This document shows, in pieces, positions 56,932 to 64,000 of a stretch of DNA of 64,000 bases; the stretch's first letter is position 1, and every line of letters starts with the position of its first letter. Made by a program: the position numbers and the translations under genes. This DNA comes from Setoptus koraiensis (lineage: Eukaryota > Animalia > Arthropoda): NCBI GenBank assembly GCA_048013815.1, contig CM106585.1, forward strand, positions 15,624,001 through 15,688,000. The letters are read 5' to 3'. The notes under the pieces are model-generated. The model worked only from the letters and a program-made list of their open reading frames with translations, searched no databases and was not told the origin of the DNA.

Positions 56932-58395
56932 CTATTCTTGTCCAGTTCCACTCAATGCTTGAGTCTGCTGAGTTAGTTGCGCTGTCAATTCAGAGCATAT
57001 TTCTAAAAATTCCATGATATTATGCACATCGGAAATCGAAGATCTAAAATCCAGTAAAAATTGAAATCCTGCAGGGTCTCGATACAGTTGTAAATTCATT
57101 TTGACATAACGCCCAGCAAGCGGTAGTGTCTTCCTAACTCTGATATGATAGAGGTCCATAACTTTCCATTCGTAGCCTAGAGTGTGCATCGCTTGAAAAA
57201 TGTGACTCATTATTACTAAGGGACTGCATTCGAATCTGATTCCCACATTCCATTTAGGTTGTTCTTGTTGATTTTGAGTACAGGTTTGTTGTTGCAAATT
57301 GTTGTATTCATCAAACATATTCAATTGATGTCTTGAACACGCAAATGGATGGTTTATGTAGTCCGGTTCGCAAACGCAAGAGGCCAGATGAAACTCATTA
57401 TTATCCATCCGAATGACATCATTTTCTATTTGTCTACTCTCTAAAATACGATAATATGCCTCTACAAATTTACTCTCGCGATCGTCATCTTGTATAGCAT
57501 TTCGCACCAATTCTTCGTTCACGCCAAATTCACGACTCACCTGTCCTACGAACTCCATGTTTATCTCTGAGTTTAATCCATTGGGTAACACTTTCCAAAA
57601 CAAGTGCTCCGGCAAGTCCTGTCTGAACCAGTCGTGGCTCATCACATCCTGTATAGTGGCTCGTTGAATGGAGTTCGTAGTCAGCATGCGCCCAATGAGA
57701 TCGATCGCCGACCTGCTAACATAATCTGGCTTGATGTAGACACCCGATCTGATTTTGTTGAAAAGCGACGGCATATGATCGTCATCAAACGGAAGAAAAC
57801 CACACAACAACGTGTATAGTATTACACCACAACTCCAAACGTCAACCTCTGGTCCGGCGTACAAATGTCCATTGATAATTTCCGGACTGGCGTATGGGGC
57901 AGAACCGCAACAGGTTCTCAAAAACTCGCCGTCCATCAGTAGATTAGAGAGGCCAAAATCGGCAATTTTAACATTGTAGTTATCATCCAATAACAGATTC
58001 TCTGGTTTAAGATCACGATGAACAACCATGTTTCTGTGACAATACTCAATACCGGATACTATCTGTTGAAAGAATTTTCGCGCCACCGGCTCACAAATTT
58101 TGCCATTAGCGACCAGATAATTGAAGAGCTCCCCACCGGAAACGTACTCCATTATCATGAATATATCTGTCGATGTATCAATAACAGTGTGTAGTTTTAT
58201 GATGTTTGGGTGCTTCAGTAGTTGCAAAGTTTTGATCTCTCTAAGAGTTGTCTCCACAGATTTTAAAGCTGTCAATCTCATCTTGTTTAAAATCTTGACA
58301 GCGACTTTGTTGAAATTTTTCCTATTCACAGCCAATTTTACTTTACCAAAAGTACCTGAACCCAACGTTTCACAAAGTATGAAGTCGCCAATCAT
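56932..58395 (-). CDS. PRKAA: AMP-activated protein kinase catalytic alpha subunit-like (divergent), intronless, 487 aa
   Basis: TLGSGTFGKVK, EYVSGGELF, HRDLKPENLLLD, DFGLSN..DGEFLRTCCGS, LYAGPEVDVWSCGVILY and LPFDDDH. The C-terminal domain has PKWNVGIR, GYEWKV and KMNLQLY..FLLDFRS. Confidence 0.88.
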   Translation of the reverse strand: MIGDFILCETLGSGTFGKVKLAVNRKNFNKVAVKILNKMRLTALKSVETTLREIKTLQLLKHPNIIKLHTVIDTSTDIFMIMEYVSGGELFNYLVANGKICEPVARKFFQQIVSGIEYCHRNMVVHRDLKPENLLLDDNYNVKIADFGLSNLLMDGEFLRTCCGSAPYASPEIINGHLYAGPEVDVWSCGVILYTLLCGFLPFDDDHMPSLFNKIRSGVYIKPDYVSRSAIDLIGRMLTTNSIQRATIQDVMSHDWFRQDLPEHLFWKVLPNGLNSEINMEFVGQVSREFGVNEELVRNAIQDDDRESKFVEAYYRILESRQIENDVIRMDNNEFHLASCVCEPDYINHPFACSRHQLNMFDEYNNLQQQTCTQNQQEQPKWNVGIRFECSPLVIMSHIFQAMHTLGYEWKVMDLYHIRVRKTLPLAGRYVKMNLQLYRDPAGFQFLLDFRSSISDVHNIMEFLEICSELTAQLTQQTQALSGTGQE

Positions 58396-58890
58396 TTTTG
58401 TCCTCTTACTTCTCTCAATTCTTCTTCATTCGTTGTAATTTTTTCTCAGTTAAATATTGTTTCTTTTCCAATTGACTTTCAAGATAGTCAAAAGCTAAAA
58501 TGAACCGGAGAATGATGTTGATGTATATAGGACCCATCGACTTAGCGCTCGGCGTAGTGAATCTCAGACTTGTCGACTTCGATAGCATCTCATTGGTTGT
58601 CGCTGACAAAGGACTGGGAGTGACTTCATGACAAAACAAAAAATAGTTGGCAGATAATGATTGATTGCAATTAGCGATTCTCTGGAAAAGATCAAGGAAG
58701 AGGAAAAAATTAATCACTAAAGGAAAGTTCGGACTACGGAGAGCATGATCACGAATAGACCTATCGAATACAATTATGTGTTTCCGAACATGATGAAACA
58801 AATAATGGAATAATGACAATTTGATACAATCTTTAGAAAATATCACTTACAGGTGATAATAGCTCGTGGTTGTTGAGCGTTGTTACTTTA

Positions 58891-59931
58891 CTAGAAATAC
58901 AACTGTGTATATAATATAGCGCTAGTTAGAGCGAACAATGCAGCACCGATTACGCTGTATTTAGCTATGTTTATAGATCTTTCGTTTCCCTGACGCCCGC
59001 TCTTGGTCGATTTACTACCACCATTCAGACCCATTATTGGTTGCTGTTCATCCCCGCTAAACATCCTCTTGCACATATCTTTTTCCGCTTGTGTTTGTTT
59101 AAGCTGCTTCTTACGAAGTTGCTCAAGAGCCAACTTGGCGGCTCTGTTCTCCGGTTCTAGCTCTAATATCTTGTTTAGAGAGACTATGGCATCTTCAAAT
59201 TTACCTGTATTGGCTTCAATAGTAGATTTGCGATACAATGACTTCACGTTGTTAGGACTAATATCTAAGGCACCCTCAACTGCAGACAGTGCCTTTTTAT
59301 ACTGATCTGTTTTGATATAACAAGCTGCCAAATTGTTTTTGCCAGACACTAGAGAATTCTTAATACGATTCTCGACAGTCTCATTGTTTTGATCACGATT
59401 TATTTTTTCAGCTGGCAGAGCATCCTCTAGATATACTACGCTTGATTTATATGATTCTATCGCATTATGATATTCTTCTTTTTTAAACCAAAAGTTTCCC
59501 CTTTCCCGTTTTCTATCAGCGATGGACAATCTTTCTTTGAGTTCCACCTTGTTGAGATGATTATCAATGTATTCTTCACTGGAGTATCTCGATAACAATT
59601 TTATAGTACATTCCAATGTGGAATCTGGTGGAACTTCGGGCAGATTACCTTTGTCGCCATAGGCAAAGCGGGGCTTAAATTTGAATAGTGATTTCTCTCC
59701 AATATTCATCAATGGAATTACAATAGTTACGGCTGGAAATAGGTCTGAATCAACGCTAATGGCAAAATTTGTGTGGCTGTCGCTTTCAATAAGCTTGCCG
59801 TCGAATCTGGTCTCAATGTCAATGAAAGCGAAAAATCTACGCGGTGCCTCCATATCCAGATCGCCAGGATCCCCTGGTTCTATGACTTGTTTAAGGATTG
59901 CACCAGTGCCTAATATGTCCTCTTCCTCCAT
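58891..59931 (-). CDS. FKBP8: FKBP8/FKBP38-like FKBP-TPR protein, copy 2, full length with C-terminal tail anchor, 346 aa
   Basis: Same FKBP and TPR motifs as copy 1, ending in YSVIGAALFALTSAILYTQLYF* (tail-anchor TM helix typical of FKBP8). Confidence 0.85.
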   Translation of the reverse strand: MEEEDILGTGAILKQVIEPGDPGDLDMEAPRRFFAFIDIETRFDGKLIESDSHTNFAISVDSDLFPAVTIVIPLMNIGEKSLFKFKPRFAYGDKGNLPEVPPDSTLECTIKLLSRYSSEEYIDNHLNKVELKERLSIADRKRERGNFWFKKEEYHNAIESYKSSVVYLEDALPAEKINRDQNNETVENRIKNSLVSGKNNLAACYIKTDQYKKALSAVEGALDISPNNVKSLYRKSTIEANTGKFEDAIVSLNKILELEPENRAAKLALEQLRKKQLKQTQAEKDMCKRMFSGDEQQPIMGLNGGSKSTKSGRQGNERSINIAKYSVIGAALFALTSAILYTQLYF

Positions 59932-62052
59932 GATGATGTAATATGCTAAATTATCGTCTCAGAGAACAGGCGAAGGAAACAGATCCGGCAAAAGGTCTAA
60001 GCCTCAGTGAGATGGTGGTGGTTATTCCTTGGTGATTATTTTCGCTATTGCCTTGCTTGATTTTTAAGTAGATTTAGTTGCCAGAAATGATAACAATGTT
60101 ATAATGGGATGTATACTAGTACAAACAACAATAATAATAACGTGTACGGAGAATGGATAAACACCATTAGATAGGCAGCAAGATTGGACCAAATGAGATA
60201 AAAAATTGTGCGCCGTTCTTAGCGCGAGATTTGAAACTCTCAGATTTGATTGGTCGGATCTGATTTGTCGAATCTTGTCAAAGTTGGCACATGGTCGGAA
60301 CCCCCGATGCAAACGCATTCTTTGGTACTGGTAGTAACAGTAAGAACGAGCCTCAAACTCGAAATGCTCGGGCGCATGTCCGCTTCTCACAGAAATTGTA
60401 TTACGAGCTCAGTTCGCCAGGTTGCCAGGTATTCGTTGTTCGGTTCGGCCGTGTTGGCTGGATTTGTTTCTAGCGACTTGTGGTCGGCACCGCTAGAGTA
60501 GCCACGCTACGGCTTTCAGTGCTCCGGGCTTCGTTGTCAAGCCAGCGACGAAGCTGATTGCAGGAATTGGCTGTCAAGTTGTCATCGCGATGGAAGAACG
60601 AACCCGGATAGAGTGAGCAGTGTGTTGTCACTGAAGGTGGCCGACTTCCGACATCTTGGGAATGTGGACATGATATGACACGATATTGAAGAGAAGATGG
60701 AAAACAATTGGCCAACTGACAACTCCCGTAACAAAGCCGCTAATTAGATTGGATGTAACATAACTGACATCGGCGACAGTTATGACGTCTACCGTGAAAC
60801 GATATCAATCAATGTGACACCGACTCTGTTGAGCGGCCATCGTTAGTCTCCTCATGGTCGATCATTTAGGCTACCAGAGTTTCTAGCCGATCTTGAGCAT
60901 AGTGTCACACATCAGAGACTCGCCTGTGCGTTGGCTTTGCCGATCAACCAAGCGCGAATAATGTGACGATGATGTAATAGTTTTGTCAGATCCCGTTGTC
61001 GTTGCAATGCCAGTGGCCAAAAAATTGTTGTGTGTGCTTTTTGGGAGCATCAGCACCGGTTGATAGAGTCGGCCGAAAGGGCTGCGTCGCAATTGACTTA
61101 ATCCATTGAGTCTGAGTGCCGATCGAATTGAGGGGCGCCTCTGGCGGCCTCTCATTCGATGAATGCGCCCTTCGTAAAAGTCACACACAGTGCGGTGCAG
61201 CAAGAATTTTGTCACAGGTCGCATATTGGTCAATATGGCCAGTGACGTAATTGGACAATACAAATTGTCAAATTAATTGCAATTGTTTTCATGCTGCGAC
61301 GTTGTGTCCATAAGTGGCGCCGATTTTCTAGATGTAACTGGGTTTTTAACTGTCGATAACTTAACTGTCGCGTTGATGCGACTCAACGCGACGATATCTA
61401 GCCAGTGGTGAAAAGATATGCCACTAAAAGCGACCAAGTGTTTGCGGTTCACTAGTATTGGGCCCACTGATTTGGTTCATGGTGGCGACGGGCGATATGT
61501 TGGCACCGAATCAAGTGGCGTCGATGATAAAACGATATCCAATAGAAGGTAGCGCACAGGTAGCGTGAAAAACACTGATTATATTGATGCAACCATGAAT
61601 GACTCAATGATTGAGCGCATTATTTTATTTGCGGTCTTGACAAATTGGTCAGAATCGGGCGGCCGCCCGCTGTCCAGGCCGCCGATTGGTTGGCGATTTG
61701 GACAATGGCAACGGTTGGACGGAAAGAGCTCAAAAACAAAAAGCCATTGAATGCGATGTGGAGCAGCCGTTAATTTTAGCATCATCAATGCGGCCATAAA
61801 GCAACATACAACAAAGCGTACACTGGAGCTGGTGAGATGCAGGTTTATTGGAGCAGTTATAAAAATTACATAATAAAAATAGGCATAGCTTAATAATAGA
61901 TCCATGTTACCTGTACTCTCACTTGTGTTTGTTGGTGTGTTGATTCATTGTTGAACTTGATCGCCAGCGAGTGTTGCCGTCATCAGTTGTTAGAGCGATT
62001 CACATCGGCCTTGACCAAACTGGCACCGTTGCAGTGTGTTGTCGCCTATGTC

Positions 62053-62093
62053 GTCGTTGTATCAGCCTGATGCCATCAGGCTGATACAACGAC
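62053..62093. repeat. 41-bp palindrome (perfect 20-bp arms, 1-nt spacer)
   Basis: GTCGTTGTATCAGCCTGATG-C-CATCAGGCTGATACAACGAC. Confidence 0.95.
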
Positions 62094-62259
62094 TGGCTGG
62101 TGCCTGATGGTTGCGTATCTGACGGCCGTTGTGTCGTCATGGTAACTGGTAGCTGGTCCATGCACAGGTAAAATTAGCAGCCCATGCAACACAACCAGTA
62201 CATGCCAGCAGCAGTTTAGATGGATGGCCATTGGCAAGATGTGTGAGCATCAAAATCAG

Positions 62260-62291
<32 letters not shown>

Positions 62292-62690
62292 GAAATCCTT
62301 GAGAATATCCATCAGACCAACGAGCGTTCTCATCCAATCTACGGCCCGGCCAGATTGAGCATTGAAAAAATGCGCTGTTTGTTATGTAAGATTTATATAT
62401 ATATATAACATGACAACATATATACAGTATATATAGAGGGGGCAAGTAGCAGTCAGATGGTTTGTCTATAAGTGACAGTTCACACACTTTCAACTGCGAT
62501 TATTTCTTTTTTCTTGCTGCTTGTTTGCCCCCCAGAATCGACTCGACTGACTCTCGATCGCTGCCATTCATTGGATGCGACCCATTCGAGCCGCGATTGA
62601 TACAGCGCACAAGTCAACTGCTGCACCGACTGGCAGCATGCGCTCGCTGATTGCCGTTTGCATGCTGGATAGACAATACGACGACCAGGT

Positions 62691-62770
62691 AAGACCAGAT
62701 AAGACTAGAGAAGACTGGACAAGGCTGGACAAGGCTGCATAAGGCTGGATAAGACTAGATAAGAGTGACC
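62691..62770. repeat. Degenerate 10-bp minisatellite, about 8 units of AAG(A/G)CT(A/G)GA(T/C/G)
   Basis: aagaccagat aagactagag aagactggac aaggctggac aaggctgcat aaggctggat aagactagat aagagtgacc. Confidence 0.85.
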
Positions 62771-63237
62771 AAGAGAGCTACAAACAATGCCCCGTATGGT
62801 CTTTGTTGCATCGATTTGATGCATCGGGCCATCGAGACACATCGTGTGTCGTTTGTCATTTGTTGGACTTGATTCGGGTGAGAGCAAAGAACAAATAATG
62901 TTGTCGATGTCGCTGTTGTTACAATTTGGCGACCAACAAGTGTTACAAGTCGCTGTCCATGCCGCGCTCCATGGGACAACAGCAGCAGCAGCAGCAGCGA
63001 CAGCAACAACAACGACAGCAGCAACAACGCCAGCGACAACAACAAATGAATAGATTGGAATTTCTCTTTCTGCTCGGCGCTGCGCCAGTCGGCGGCCGCG
63101 ATGGTAATTATTTCTTTTTTCTCTCTGGCCGTTCCCTCGCTGCTGTTGTCTCTCTGTTCTTTCTGTCGGCGTCTCGGGCTGCCATTCTTCGGCCGCCTCG
63201 GCCGCTTCGGCCGCTTCGGCTCGCAGCCGCGATCCCA

Positions 63238-63311
63238 ACAGCAGCATCGACAGCATCAGCAACAACAGCAGCAGCAACAACAGCATCGGCAACAACAGCA
63301 GCAACAACAAC
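63238..63311. repeat. Mixed CAG/CAA/CAT trinucleotide tract
   Basis: Directly visible; produces poly-Q, poly-L and poly-A ORFs in several frames. Confidence 0.9.
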
Positions 63312-64000
63312 CACATAGAGCAGCAACTCTTTGGGAGTCCCCGCGACCATGGCTGCAACACGGCAAGAAGGTGGACACTACAGCCCAGCGCAGTCTACAG
63401 GCGCAGGGACAAAGGCCGGCAAGCTCTCACGTCGGCTGCGGCACGCAGAATTGGCTAGGTGGAGCCTAGTGGCATGGCTTGAGCCATGAGAGTTACATAA
63501 TATGTTTGATACAAAAATAACAACAGCAACGGCAGCAGCAGCAGCGCCGATTGAGATTGCTTGCTGAATGGAGCTGCCCAATAATATCAGCCATTATTGT
63601 TGTGCTCTTGCTTTCTGGCTATGCGGCGATCGCTACGTACGGCCGGCCGACCGAGCAACAATTCAACCGCCAGCGTATCCATAATTTTCTCCACTCTTCT
63701 CTGTCTGGTCTAGGTAATAGTTGTCAAACGCTAACTCTTCGTCACAAAGCGCTTGAATAAGCACCACGCTGATATCACACATGTTGATGGTTTGTATGCG
63801 GCTCGCAGGAGATTATTCTCATTTCCATTGCGTCGTGGGCAGCGCGTTGCGACACCAACACACACAGCCAGCCAGCTCGCAAATAACAAGTTTGCCAAGC
63901 GAGCCGAAGCGTCCATTCGATTCAAATTACAAACTCCAAACTCCGAGCGAAGCAGCCGAGTCAGCCAACAGGTGAGCCGAGCCGAAGACAATAAAGAAAG

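Noticed and set aside
60064-61905. Several 60-125 aa ORFs on both strands and one plus frame with sparse stops
   Set aside because: No recognisable motifs or consistent splice chain; cannot be supported as exons.

Overview
Eukaryotic (arthropod) genomic DNA with one 500-N gap. It is most likely a mite with a very compact, intron-poor genome such as an eriophyoid; this is inferred from the gene content and intron scarcity. The window has two kinds of terrain. A dense housekeeping block at about 5.8-44.6 kb holds 20 protein genes plus tRNA-Ile(AAT): ACO2, IDH3G, an aldo-keto reductase, a GH18 chitinase, OTUD6B, troponin I, an FKBP8-like copy, Rogdi, TMEM222, AIP, a secreted His/Trp-rich protein, a Cys-type SelT, LPLA2/LCAT, a Merlin-like FERM protein, NDUFB7, LAMTOR3, IFT80, LCMT1, GLRX3 and a PRELI-only SEC14L1/retm derivative. 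Long microsatellite-rich, gene-poor tracts lie at 0.1-5.8, 44.6-53.5 and 60-64 kb. The first precedes what looks like the first coding exon of a voltage-gated sodium channel at the left edge. The second precedes a 1092-codon ORF with one CH domain and a KASH-like tail, followed by a divergent AMPK alpha and a second FKBP8-like copy. The most unusual items are the putative mini-nesprin, the FKBP8 pair (one copy has its tail anchor shifted out of frame), several truncated or expanded conserved proteins, the ACO2-IDH3G adjacency, nested TAGTGTT-ended MITEs and short duplicated gene 3' ends. Exon boundaries were worked out by hand from GT/AG sites and reading-frame continuity. Family assignments rest on recalled motifs, not database searches.
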